This document shows positions 1 to 9,169 of a DNA stretch of 34,576 nt, in pieces. Source of the stretch: a virus (taxonomy: Duplodnaviria; Heunggongvirae; Uroviricota; Caudoviricetes); the IMG/VR virus record IMGVR_UViG_647533110_000001; one strand, written 5' to 3'. Each line of letters begins with the position of its first letter. Positions within the stretch are counted from its first letter, which is position 1. The notes beneath the pieces are model-generated. The model was not told the DNA's origin. It saw nothing but the letters and a program-made list of their open reading frames with translations, and ran no database searches. Position numbers and translations under genes: made by a program.

Positions 1-729
1 GTCTTTATTTAATAGCCAATGAATGATACCTTCACTTTGAGCAGAAATGGTTCCTTCTGATTTTATAGATAATGTGCCATCTTCACATTGAATACCACCA
101 GATGTAATATCCCAACCGCCTATTTTACCTCCAGTTTGGTCTATATGAAAAATTTCTTTGTTATCTTTATATCCATATATACCGGCTCCGTTATTTTCTG
201 AAGGACCAATATATACCCCCGTTAATCCTGGAACATCTTCAAGACTGTCGTAACTGCCAATTATTTTTTTTCCAACAAATAGTTTGGGGGTAATCACATA
301 AGAAGAGCCAATAGTTGTTTTATTGCTTTCCCAATCTTGAATCCAATCCAGCATGGTACTTTCGCGTACAATAGAAAATGTGAAACGCCCAGTTAACCCT
401 GTACTTACTCCAGAAAGAACTGGAATTTCAATATATCCTTGTAATATATCAATAGGGAGTGATATAATGGATAGCCGGTATCTATAACTATCAACTTTTA
501 TTAGTTGATATTCTATATTGTCGTTACTTTTTACAATAGTGCTGGAATCAATTTCTATTGGGGTTTTCTCATCTCCACAATATGCCGAAATAATAGTATA
601 AGCATGTTCTAACTTAGGGTTAGAACCATCGAAATCTGCTTTAATCACACACGAGTTTGGGGTTAGCGACAACGAATAAGCATCGCTAATAGATACAAGT
701 GTGATAGAAGATTTTGCTACTGTTCCCAT
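1..729 (-). CDS. Phage tail/baseplate-associated structural protein, N-terminal part (runs off the window)
   Basis: Not in the ORF track. I translated it by hand from ATG at 729 (MGTVAKSSITLVSISDAYSLSLTPNSCVIKADFDGSNPK...MLDWIQDWESNKTTIGSSYVITPKLFVGKK...); the frame appears open to base 1. The late-promoter motif lies 15 nt upstream. Tail function is inferred from context and beta-rich composition. Confidence 0.7.
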   Translation of the reverse strand, partial: MGTVAKSSITLVSISDAYSLSLTPNSCVIKADFDGSNPKLEHAYTIISAYCGDEKTPIEIDSSTIVKSNDNIEYQLIKVDSYRYRLSIISLPIDILQGYIEIPVLSGVSTGLTGRFTFSIVRESTMLDWIQDWESNKTTIGSSYVITPKLFVGKKIIGSYDSLEDVPGLTGVYIGPSENNGAGIYGYKDNKEIFHIDQTGGKIGGWDITSGGIQCEDGTLSIKSEGTISAQSEGIIHWLLNKD

Positions 730-744
730 AAATTACTTTTTCAA

Positions 745-774
745 AAGAATAGCCCTTGAACAAAGTATTTGTTG
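745..774 (-). promoter_or_regulatory. Putative phage late promoter (near-consensus copy)
   Basis: CAACAAAT-N14-CTATTCTT, ending 15 nt before ATG 729; has AACA instead of AACC. Confidence 0.55.
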
Positions 775-791
775 ATGTGGGAATAGATAAA

Positions 792-1145
792 CTATTTCTT
801 TATTTCCTCCAATATTTCCTTGGCCATACGTTTTGCTTCCATTCTCCACATTTGCATGTCATTCCATTCCTTTTGATGTTCACTATCTTCATCTTCTAGG
901 AGGTGATTATTAATAATGGCTTGCATTGCATCATCAGAGTACCGTCCATGAATAATAGCTGAAACCAATTGGCTATATGTGGGCATTCCAACTGGAAGGG
1001 TTATCTCACACCATTTGTATTGTTCATTTTCACCTTCTTTTACTAAATTAACATCAAATGCAATTGTGTATTGACGCAACCCTAATTTTATATTGTGTCG
1101 TATGCGTTGAGGTTGCTCATTACCTTGATTATAAGCTATAAACAT
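792..1145 (-). CDS. Small hypothetical phage protein (possibly fibre-associated)
   Basis: The ORF track gives 792..1205. The more plausible start is ATG 1145 (MFIAYNQG...), which overlaps the RT stop by 10 nt and suggests translational coupling. C-terminus reads AIIHGRYSDDAMQAIINN...EWNDMQMWRMEAK. Confidence 0.6.
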   Translation of the reverse strand: MFIAYNQGNEQPQRIRHNIKLGLRQYTIAFDVNLVKEGENEQYKWCEITLPVGMPTYSQLVSAIIHGRYSDDAMQAIINNHLLEDEDSEHQKEWNDMQMWRMEAKRMAKEILEEIKK

Positions 1146-2557
1146 TGTACTGTGTTTTTTATTTTTACAACTTGAAATTTTCCTTGAATATAGCAAGCTT
1201 TCCAAAAATAATGTAGTTCTGAAAATGCTTTGCGCCTGATCCCGTATGACTGATAATGAATTAAGAAACCTAAATAAGAGTTTATAGATCTCACATTGGC
1301 ATATATAGCTTCCTTGTCACAGTTTTTACATGCTTCTTCTAAATAACTTACAGCATTAATAAAGTTTCCAACAGTTCTATTCGATAAGTAAGCTCTACCC
1401 GGCTTAATTACTCCTCCTACCATTTTTATTCCTTTTTTAACTTCTTGAATATAAATTTTATCAGGGTGCATTTGAATATTTAAGATATACCGTAGTTGAT
1501 TCCTAGAAGCTCTTTTAAAATATATTGCATCTTCCTTAGTTTTACATACAAAGCCAAAATCATCTACAAAACGTACATATTTGGCTCCTCTTTCTTCTGC
1601 TGCTTTAATAGCCCATTCATCAAAAAATGACATGTAAAAATTGGCAAATAATTGACTGGTTAGGTTTCCTATTGGTTCGCCTTTCATCCATTCATTGTAA
1701 AACAGGCTTTTGTTTTTAGGCAGTATTCTCCATAATTTTAAATTTCCTTGACGTATGCAATCATCTTGTGGTCGATGTCGTACAATTATTTCTGTAAGCC
1801 ATAGCACTAAATCTAAATCTTGTTCATATATGGTCCCTTTCCAATAATTCCATTTTTCTTTGATAAATGGTAATAAGTGTTCTAATAATCGTTCGCAATC
1901 AATTGACATAAAAAATCCTTTAATATCAAATTGAGCATACCAAGCCTCGTGCGAATAATTATCAGAGACTTCAATTGTATTTTTTGTCAACTTATCAATA
2001 CATGCAAATGTTCCAAAACCCTTTCGACAGTTAAATGATACATTTCCGTGTTCAACAAAACGTGCCTCAAACAGTGGCTCTAAGCGTAGACACAACCAAT
2101 GTTGTACAATACGGTCACGGAAATTTGCAGCAAACACTTCCCGTAATTTAGGACGGGTAACTATAAAACAAGTACTTGTTGTTGGTCTATATGTTCGTTC
2201 ATAAACTTCTCTCGCTAAATCTAATAGATCTTCATGCCAAATAAGTCTATACATAACACATTGTGAACTTGTCTTTTTTTGGGCACAGCAATCATCTAAC
2301 GCATCAAACCATCCCTCGACATATTTATCGTTAAGTGCTGCAACCGCTCTCACCATGTTACTGTTGTACTTGTTGTTGTTGTTGAAGTTGCCATTACTAA
2401 AGTTCACGTTCCAGCTGTTGTTCTGACTGTTCTCACTGCTACTCCAGTGCCGGCTTGCGGTTATTGCGTGTACTATCTTGTTCTTAACTAGGTCTTTAAC
2501 GCTTGGTAAAGGCCCAGTGACACGCCCATTTTTCAATAAAGATGTCCCTGTTATCAT
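1136..2557 (-). CDS. DGR reverse transcriptase (start either ATG 2557, including the TR-encoded peptide, or ATG 2356)
   Basis: RT motifs KLREVFAANFRDRIVQH, FDIKGFFMSID, GEPIGNLTSQLFANFY (DGR-type GxxxSQ) and YVRFVDDF. No group II intron maturase/endonuclease extension. Adjacent to avd, TR and VR. Confidence 0.95.
   Translation of the reverse strand: MITGTSLLKNGRVTGPLPSVKDLVKNKIVHAITASRHWSSSENSQNNSWNVNFSNGNFNNNNKYNSNMVRAVAALNDKYVEGWFDALDDCCAQKKTSSQCVMYRLIWHEDLLDLAREVYERTYRPTTSTCFIVTRPKLREVFAANFRDRIVQHWLCLRLEPLFEARFVEHGNVSFNCRKGFGTFACIDKLTKNTIEVSDNYSHEAWYAQFDIKGFFMSIDCERLLEHLLPFIKEKWNYWKGTIYEQDLDLVLWLTEIIVRHRPQDDCIRQGNLKLWRILPKNKSLFYNEWMKGEPIGNLTSQLFANFYMSFFDEWAIKAAEERGAKYVRFVDDFGFVCKTKEDAIYFKRASRNQLRYILNIQMHPDKIYIQEVKKGIKMVGGVIKPGRAYLSNRTVGNFINAVSYLEEACKNCDKEAIYANVRSINSYLGFLIHYQSYGIRRKAFSELHYFWKACYIQGKFQVVKIKNTVQCL
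2336..2451 (-). repeat. DGR template repeat (TR)
   Basis: 116-bp near-copy of 3107-3222 with 10 mismatches, 9 of them at TR adenines on the coding strand. Contains 13 in-frame AAY codons. Confidence 0.95.
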
Positions 2558-2569
2558 AGTCGTAACCGT

Positions 2570-2971
2570 TCAACAGGTCTGCTGCTCCAACACTTTGCTT
2601 CTCCAGCTTTTAATATGCTTTGAAATTTCCTTTAAAGATTCAGCAAAATGTGGCATTTGCTTGTTGCTAATTATGCGTGTATGAGGACTCCGATTTGACC
2701 ACTCTTTTAAGGTGTCAATGCAAGTTTTCACTGTACGCATTTGCAAATAAAATGAATTAATAAGTTCAAGTTTGGAATCAGGGTCTTCTTCATTTAAAGC
2801 CAATCCTATCACTGTTAATCCATCAAGCAGAGTGTCTATGAGACGTTTGCTTAATTGACGAATTCCTACACTATTAGGAGTTCGTTCTACCATTTCTATA
2901 CAGAGTAACATTAAATTTTCTGTTTCTCTGTAAATAGGTGCACTTCCTGCATTACGAATTGTTCTTGCCAT
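2570..2971 (-). CDS. avd: DGR accessory variability determinant (Avd-like four-helix bundle protein)
   Basis: 133-aa helical, basic protein between the target gene and TR/RT, the canonical avd position. The pattern IYRETENLML...L..RL...LLD...IGLA...L..L resembles the bAvd/23S rRNA-IVP-like family. Confidence 0.8.
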   Translation of the reverse strand: MARTIRNAGSAPIYRETENLMLLCIEMVERTPNSVGIRQLSKRLIDTLLDGLTVIGLALNEEDPDSKLELINSFYLQMRTVKTCIDTLKEWSNRSPHTRIISNKQMPHFAESLKEISKHIKSWRSKVLEQQTC

Positions 2972-3019
2972 AATTAAAAGATTTTATTCACAATGTGTCT
3001 TATTACATATAGTTTATTT

Positions 3020-3049
3020 ACGAATACTTTATTTTTTCTGTAGAGGTTT
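3020..3049 (-). promoter_or_regulatory. Putative late promoter driving avd-TR-RT
   Basis: AAACCTCT-N14-GTATTCGT, matching the AACC-N18-TATTC core with exact spacing, 48 nt upstream of the avd ATG. Confidence 0.55.
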
Positions 3050-3072
3050 ACAATTATGGCATATTTATTTTT

Positions 3073-3096
3073 GTGGAGCGTCAAAAGACGCTCCAC
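3073..3096 (-). other. DGR target-recognition hairpin/cruciform downstream of VR/IMH
   Basis: Perfect 10-bp stem GTGGAGCGTC, 4-nt loop TTTT, then GACGCTCCAC, starting 4 bp after the target stop codon. It has no 3' U-tract, so it is not a typical intrinsic terminator. Confidence 0.85.
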
Positions 3097-3100
3097 TATA

Positions 3101-6100
3101 CTAAAATGCTGCAACCGCTCTCACCATGTTACTGTTGAACTTGTTGCTGTAGTAGAAGTTGCCATAACTAATGTTCACGACCCAGCTGTAGTTCTGACTG
3201 CTCTCACTGCTACTCCAGTGCCAAGAATTAGAAAAATCATTCAAAATACCGGCATCTATTGCTTTTTGAAAAATTGCACCTATTTTATCATCATCATAAT
3301 TCACTCCTTGCCTAGCGTGCCAATACATACGCATAAGTTCACCAACAGATGGTAGGTACCAATTATGATATTTAAATTTATCTGCTAATTCTTCGCCTGC
3401 TTTCACTGTAGGCTGATAAGCATAGCATTTGCTGACAGCAGGATAATAAAATTGTTGATATTTACTAAGATTCTCATTGTTAGCAATTATGTTATTTATA
3501 TACTGGGTCAACATTGCTTGTTCAGTATATAAGTCAGTCGCTTCAGGTATCGGCAAATTAACTCCTGAATCTTCTAAGATTTTATTTCTATGTTGAATAA
3601 TTTTTAAAGTTTTTGCTAAACCGACAGGAACTTCGTCACCTCTTTTATAGGCACCTGATAAAATAGCTAAATCCGCAGCCAATTCCTCTTTTCCTGTATT
3701 AATTGTACCTGGAGCAGCGATACCATCTCCAACAGCAACTGTTTTAACATCTGAATTTACAAATCCGTCAATTGTATTTTCATCTACATAATTATCATAC
3801 CTTATGTAGTTAGGAGAGGTATTACCTTGGTCGTCATATTCTGTAGGTTGTAAGCCAGTCTGTGTAATGTTAGCAATTGAACCTATATCATATACACTAT
3901 AATTAACATCATCTTGTAATTCAATAGGATAAATTGCATATTGTTCATTCCACTCTTCCGTTTGTCCTGTATTTTGAGGATAAAGCCCCCATACTATACC
4001 TGAATTTTCAAGATTTGATAATGCTACCATACGTCTATCATTGGCATCTGCTGGATTTATGTAAAAACAAATTCCAACTACGGTTTTTCCAGCAGTTGTA
4101 GGACCATAAGTTCCATCATAAAATACATAATCTCCGAGATGAGCACGTCTGGGGTATAAACCAATATCCCATGATGCTTCAAGCACTTCACCATTTGTTT
4201 TTGTTAGATAACATCTTAAAGTTGTATGTGGAGCCAATGTATCTTCATCTCCTAATTGAGATACATTGATAACGCAATAATCTTTTGACGTATTGACTAT
4301 TTTTGCATACAAATTGGTATCCAATGACCAACGAATGCTAACCACATCATTCCCATTAGCGGTATTCGGCTTACAGTAAAAAGTGTGTTCACCTGTAGAA
4401 TAAATGTATTGGCTTCCTTTGATTTCTATAGCTGCAATAGGAGTTGAGTAGTAAGTAATATGAAGATTGTTGTTCTCATCATCTACATTTCCCCAATGAT
4501 ACAACCAATCAATTTTATTGTTAAAATTAGGTCGGTTGGTAGTATTGTTTATTACTGCTATTTTTCCAGATACACTACTGTCTGTAATAGAAGCCAAATA
4601 GTTAATCATATAAAGAGAAACCTCGGTCCAGTTTATACTTGCTAACTTTAAATAATTCAGCGGTGCATTGCCTGTAAAGCATAAATTAAATATGGTACGC
4701 GAATCTGCAATCCCTGCGCCAATTGATAAACTTTGCATTCGGTCAGCTCCTTCCAATGTGATGGTTTTCAAATTAGGCTGTTGATCTAAAGACAAAGATG
4801 TTAAAGTCCCAGGAAGATGAACCTCTTCTAAATATTCGGTAGCTGGAAGAACAACAGAAGACAACATTGTTCCTACTAAATTCAACATTCTAAGTTTAAG
4901 CAAAATAGATAAATCTAAACCACCTACTAAACTAGCGACACGTTTTAATACTAGTTCTTGCAACAAAGGGGCAGTAATAGTCATACCGGTAGGACGGAAT
5001 TCAACAACATCTTTTCCATCCACATGAAAGGCTGTTAGGCGAGCACCGCTTAAATTAAATGTTTCTCCTAAACTTTTGTCTGTAAAGTCACCAATGGAAC
5101 GCATATAATCAATACCATTTAAGAAAATATTAGTATTGCCATCTGAAGTTCCAACATTGACATCGTATGTTTCTCCGGCTTTAATACGTGGAGACAGTGC
5201 GTTACCAACCCCATAAGATAGTGTCGAACCTATGGCAAATGAGGGGTACATCCAAATATGTGGTACAATAGAAAATTTAAATTGTGGACGTGTACCATCT
5301 GTTTTTATTATAGACCGGAAGTTTAATGAGCCTGCTGATCCTTCACCGTCACGCCTTCCAAAGTCTCCAAAGGCTGCATAAGAAGATATGTAGGTAAGTC
5401 TGCGTGCAACCCATTGCATTTCTGCTTGTAATCCATCTCCTAAACTTTGTGTTATGGGATCTGTACCATTTGTGTATTTATTTTCCGGGTCTGAACTCAC
5501 ATAGGCGGTTCTGGCACGTTCATATACAAGACGAGCCACTTCATTGTAAGCAACGGCTGGGAAATAACGTTGTACGTAAAAATAATATTTTTCCATACAG
5601 CCCATTAAAGTTCTATCATCACTTAATTTAAGCATTGCTTGTAATATAGAGCGCATATTGGTACGCAATTCATCTGGAAAAGCGTTTTCCATTTGGTTAA
5701 ATAGTGCATTCCCTTCGCTATTCCAATAAAAGCCTCCATCATTATTTTTATCATGTTCTTCTACATAGTAAGGTTTTTCTCTTTGCCCTACATTATTTAC
5801 AGGAAATATTGTGTCCAAATCATCTTGATGCCAACCAATTAAATGAGTTTTTGGGTCAACATAAAAATATATATTCTTTCCTCTGTTATCACTGGCTGCA
5901 ATTAACTTACAAAAATTCATAGCAAAATGAGTTTCTGTAAGATTAAAATATTTTCCTGCATCAGCCTTGAACAATGCTATTCTAGCCGTTTTGAACGATG
6001 AGTTAATTGCATCCCAATCTGTACCGCTGGCAATATTCCCGCATTGTTCGTTGATATTTACAGTCGAATATCTTCCACTTTCAATCTTTTCAGTGCCTGC

Positions 6101-9100
6101 ACCCACCCAAGTAGAAGTAATGAAATCATACCTGAATAAATCAAACTGTTCATTGTTACGCCCCGATTTAGTCAGCCAATAATGTTTGGAGGTATCAAGA
6201 TTTTCTGCTGCATTTAAATCTTCGATGGTACCGTTGAAATAATCTATATTGTCATAATGTTTAAAGACAAAGTTAAATCCACTTTTGATAGGGGCGATCT
6301 TATTGGTATCCCCAAAGACCAGACTCATTTGCTTTTCGCCGTTATACATCCAATCTTCTTCACCTTCTAAAGTGACATCTTCATCAATCCAAGGTACGCG
6401 GCACATCACCAAAGCACGGTCATTATCAGCTCCTTCTAGGCATACATAATCTGGAAATTTTGTTTTGTCGTATCCGAATGTCGGTTTGTCTCCCTTACCT
6501 GGTCCAAAAGTCATAAAAGATTTAAATTGTGGTTCGGAATTCTCATCTTCTTGTACAAAGAACAAAAACGGTTTTTGAAGTACAGCTACACGACAATTTT
6601 CAAAACCTTCTGTATTAGTAATGGAATTACCTCCACATACAGCTTTAAATAAATCATTAAATAGAGCTGTAGAACCTATTTTATGACTTTGTGCTGAACT
6701 TGCAAAATTTACTTTCCCTACCAATTTGAGTGCTCCGGGTACATCGTTGGTTAACTGATAACATTTACCACGATTTGCTCCATTCTCATCAACCCAATAC
6801 CCATCTTCATTGAAGCCCCATTGTCCATTCCACCACCAATACAACATGGATGAGGTTCCTTGACCTTTTTCGTTCATGTCGTACAATGTTCCACTATTCT
6901 CCGGTTCTCCAGGGATATGGATAATTAAAGTTCCGTTGAATTTGTCCTTTTTAGTATTGCCATAAGTAGCATATTTACCTTTCCAAAGAATAACATTGTA
7001 TTTTTCATAAGCAAGATCGTAGCTGATAGTATTACCATCAAGAATGTTATTAGAATCTCGGAATGCTATTTTTTCTTCACTATTATCTAAGGATGCCATA
7101 TAGTTTTGGCGCACATCATTAGCTGTGAGTGCTTTCTTATACACCTTAATACTGTAAATGTCAATGTCGGCTCCAGAACTACCAATACGGATACCTTGTG
7201 AGGTTTGTTTGCTATCCACGTATTGTACAAAGGTGTCATCTGTAGCGTAGTTAATTTCACGGTTAATGATTCCATTCACAAAAATGCGACAGTAATTTTG
7301 TCCGGTACTGGACAAATTGTACAGTAAGTTAACTGCCACTTTAGTACGTGTTCCTTCTCTATACCCAATGTCTTGGTTTTTTCGAGTAACTTTAGCTAAA
7401 GTCATAAAACAAGCCTCTGTAGCTTTCATTTCCCACCCTAATGGGTTGTTGTCTTTAGTATAAGAACACATGCGTAGAACTGGCTCATCTTCGTTGGTTA
7501 TATTACGAGTTGCAAAATCTATTTCAAATGTAAGTGAACCTGTCTTCTGTGTTTGGATGAAATCAGAAAAAGTTTCATAATCAATAGTTATACTTCTTCC
7601 ACTAGGAACACGCAAACATTTGATCCCATTATCGTCTTCAACCCAACCATCACTAATAAAACCAAAATTTTCAAAGGTCGCGGGAACATTCTCGCCTGAA
7701 ACGGTATTAATAATAGTATCTGGGTGGGTTTCAGTATTACTACGTAGTTTTGGATTGATAATTAAATCAGCACCATCAGTCGGGGCAAAATTTTGTGAGT
7801 TATCGATATTAAAACTAATACGATCACGCAAGTATTTTTCTCCAGTGCTAAATAACATATAAGCACTGAAATTCGTTTCTTTGCTTTCGATTTCTATCAT
7901 ATTGCCAAATGTGTAAACCACACCATTTTGGGCTTGCTGTTCAGTGTAAGACAGATAATTCTCAACCTCTTGAATGTCTGTTAATTTAAAAGTAACAGGT
8001 AATACATCTGAACCTGGGTTATATATTGCCCATTGGAAAAATTGAACGGATGTCCAGTTTACAAGAGACTTGACTATCTGGTTTAATATGATATATGGAG
8101 TCTTATTATCAGGGTCTGAAACTATCATTACCTGTGAAACAATGTGTTCACTTTCCACATCTGTGCCATCTACAGATAACCAGGCCTCAATTTCATGTAC
8201 TCCATGAGACATAACTTTAACAGAATCCCCTTCAGTGTCGGTTACATCAAACTGATTTGGGGTTTCCGTGTACTCAACTTTGCCAACAGCGTATTGGACA
8301 GAACGTACACCACCTTCACCACTAATTTTTAAATTTAATGTTTTAGCTACAGCACCAGTATATGTATATAATAAAGACATAGTGGCACCAGTAATAGGTT
8401 GCTGCCATTCGTTTCGGAACGTAAGTTTCAATTCTGTTTTTGTAACACTTTGGAACACTACATAAGTTGTGGTACTTTGTGTTTGGTCTCCAGTTACAAT
8501 GATACGTAATTGACAGGTTCCACTGTTAAGTAATCCACTAATATCTACATCCGTATAAGTGTCGCTTTCGGCTTCTACACTCTTGATTGCCATTGTACCA
8601 ATTGTACGCCAAGAATCGGAAGCGGAGGCACGCCTTTGGATAGTCATAGTACCATCTTCATAGGTATTTGCGTATTTCCCAGTAACAGGATTGTATGTTT
8701 GAGAAGTAAAACGCATTTTTAGAACTACACTACCATCAATGCTTACATAATTTGTTTGATTGCTGGCCGTGGTTAATTCTACAATATTCATTACACCCTG
8801 TTCGTCACTAATAGGAATAGTAACATCAAGCAATTTTAATGCTTGATTCTCATCAGGGTCAGCAAGCCATTCATTATATGTGTTTTTATTAGCAAATGCT
8901 CGAATATGATAAAAACCGTCCGGATCTTTTGTCATAGGAGGAATGTGACCAATTTTATTGTTTTCATGGTCTTGCAAATAGCTCTTTATAAACTTTTGGA
9001 CAGCCTCCCCAGAGTAGGGGAGAAGGTTCGTTTCGTCAGGTGCTGCGGGGATGGTATTGTTTTTATTGCCACCCCAGTCCTCTGTAAATTTACCAGCAGG

Positions 9101-9130
9101 AATTTCGTCAGTTCTGAATTTCTTAGCCAT
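3101..9130 (-). CDS. DGR target: 2009-aa tail fibre/receptor-binding protein (LamG-like, CotH/kinase-like, LRR-like, Ig-like and C-terminal C-type-lectin-fold domains)
   Basis: C-terminal WYLPSVGEL...WHWSSSE...VRAVAAF is typical of CLec-fold DGR targets. LamG-like segment (TFEIDFATRN...GIRIGSSGADIDIYSIKVYKKALT), LRR-like segment (LQELVL...LRMLNL...LEEVHL...LKTITL), and CotH-like motifs ASDNRGKNIYFY and HQDDLDTIF. Located in the tail module. Confidence 0.85.
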   Translation of the reverse strand: MAKKFRTDEIPAGKFTEDWGGNKNNTIPAAPDETNLLPYSGEAVQKFIKSYLQDHENNKIGHIPPMTKDPDGFYHIRAFANKNTYNEWLADPDENQALKLLDVTIPISDEQGVMNIVELTTASNQTNYVSIDGSVVLKMRFTSQTYNPVTGKYANTYEDGTMTIQRRASASDSWRTIGTMAIKSVEAESDTYTDVDISGLLNSGTCQLRIIVTGDQTQSTTTYVVFQSVTKTELKLTFRNEWQQPITGATMSLLYTYTGAVAKTLNLKISGEGGVRSVQYAVGKVEYTETPNQFDVTDTEGDSVKVMSHGVHEIEAWLSVDGTDVESEHIVSQVMIVSDPDNKTPYIILNQIVKSLVNWTSVQFFQWAIYNPGSDVLPVTFKLTDIQEVENYLSYTEQQAQNGVVYTFGNMIEIESKETNFSAYMLFSTGEKYLRDRISFNIDNSQNFAPTDGADLIINPKLRSNTETHPDTIINTVSGENVPATFENFGFISDGWVEDDNGIKCLRVPSGRSITIDYETFSDFIQTQKTGSLTFEIDFATRNITNEDEPVLRMCSYTKDNNPLGWEMKATEACFMTLAKVTRKNQDIGYREGTRTKVAVNLLYNLSSTGQNYCRIFVNGIINREINYATDDTFVQYVDSKQTSQGIRIGSSGADIDIYSIKVYKKALTANDVRQNYMASLDNSEEKIAFRDSNNILDGNTISYDLAYEKYNVILWKGKYATYGNTKKDKFNGTLIIHIPGEPENSGTLYDMNEKGQGTSSMLYWWWNGQWGFNEDGYWVDENGANRGKCYQLTNDVPGALKLVGKVNFASSAQSHKIGSTALFNDLFKAVCGGNSITNTEGFENCRVAVLQKPFLFFVQEDENSEPQFKSFMTFGPGKGDKPTFGYDKTKFPDYVCLEGADNDRALVMCRVPWIDEDVTLEGEEDWMYNGEKQMSLVFGDTNKIAPIKSGFNFVFKHYDNIDYFNGTIEDLNAAENLDTSKHYWLTKSGRNNEQFDLFRYDFITSTWVGAGTEKIESGRYSTVNINEQCGNIASGTDWDAINSSFKTARIALFKADAGKYFNLTETHFAMNFCKLIAASDNRGKNIYFYVDPKTHLIGWHQDDLDTIFPVNNVGQREKPYYVEEHDKNNDGGFYWNSEGNALFNQMENAFPDELRTNMRSILQAMLKLSDDRTLMGCMEKYYFYVQRYFPAVAYNEVARLVYERARTAYVSSDPENKYTNGTDPITQSLGDGLQAEMQWVARRLTYISSYAAFGDFGRRDGEGSAGSLNFRSIIKTDGTRPQFKFSIVPHIWMYPSFAIGSTLSYGVGNALSPRIKAGETYDVNVGTSDGNTNIFLNGIDYMRSIGDFTDKSLGETFNLSGARLTAFHVDGKDVVEFRPTGMTITAPLLQELVLKRVASLVGGLDLSILLKLRMLNLVGTMLSSVVLPATEYLEEVHLPGTLTSLSLDQQPNLKTITLEGADRMQSLSIGAGIADSRTIFNLCFTGNAPLNYLKLASINWTEVSLYMINYLASITDSSVSGKIAVINNTTNRPNFNNKIDWLYHWGNVDDENNNLHITYYSTPIAAIEIKGSQYIYSTGEHTFYCKPNTANGNDVVSIRWSLDTNLYAKIVNTSKDYCVINVSQLGDEDTLAPHTTLRCYLTKTNGEVLEASWDIGLYPRRAHLGDYVFYDGTYGPTTAGKTVVGICFYINPADANDRRMVALSNLENSGIVWGLYPQNTGQTEEWNEQYAIYPIELQDDVNYSVYDIGSIANITQTGLQPTEYDDQGNTSPNYIRYDNYVDENTIDGFVNSDVKTVAVGDGIAAPGTINTGKEELAADLAILSGAYKRGDEVPVGLAKTLKIIQHRNKILEDSGVNLPIPEATDLYTEQAMLTQYINNIIANNENLSKYQQFYYPAVSKCYAYQPTVKAGEELADKFKYHNWYLPSVGELMRMYWHARQGVNYDDDKIGAIFQKAIDAGILNDFSNSWHWSSSESSQNYSWVVNISYGNFYYSNKFNSNMVRAVAAF
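3107..3222 (-). repeat. DGR variable repeat (VR) at the 3' end of the target gene
   Basis: Aligns ungapped to TR at offset 771. Encodes HWSSSESSQNYSWVVNISYGNFYYSNKFNSNMVRAVAA versus TR HWSSSENSQNNSWNVNFSNGNFNNNNKYNSNMVRAVAA. Confidence 0.95.
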
Positions 9131-9169
9131 AATTAATTATTTTTTTGTAAAGCGTAATTTAAAAATTTG

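Noticed and set aside
2358-2385. (GTT)n / AAC run as a microsatellite or CRISPR-like repeat
   Set aside because: These are the AAC codons of the DGR template repeat; there is no repeat-spacer periodicity.
1136-2557. RT as a group II intron, retron or Abi RT
   Set aside because: It has the DGR-type GNLTSQ motif, no maturase or endonuclease extension, and adjacent avd, TR and VR.
3073-3096. Hairpin after the fibre gene as an intrinsic terminator
   Set aside because: It is followed by an A-tract rather than a U-tract on the coding strand; its geometry fits the DGR target hairpin better.
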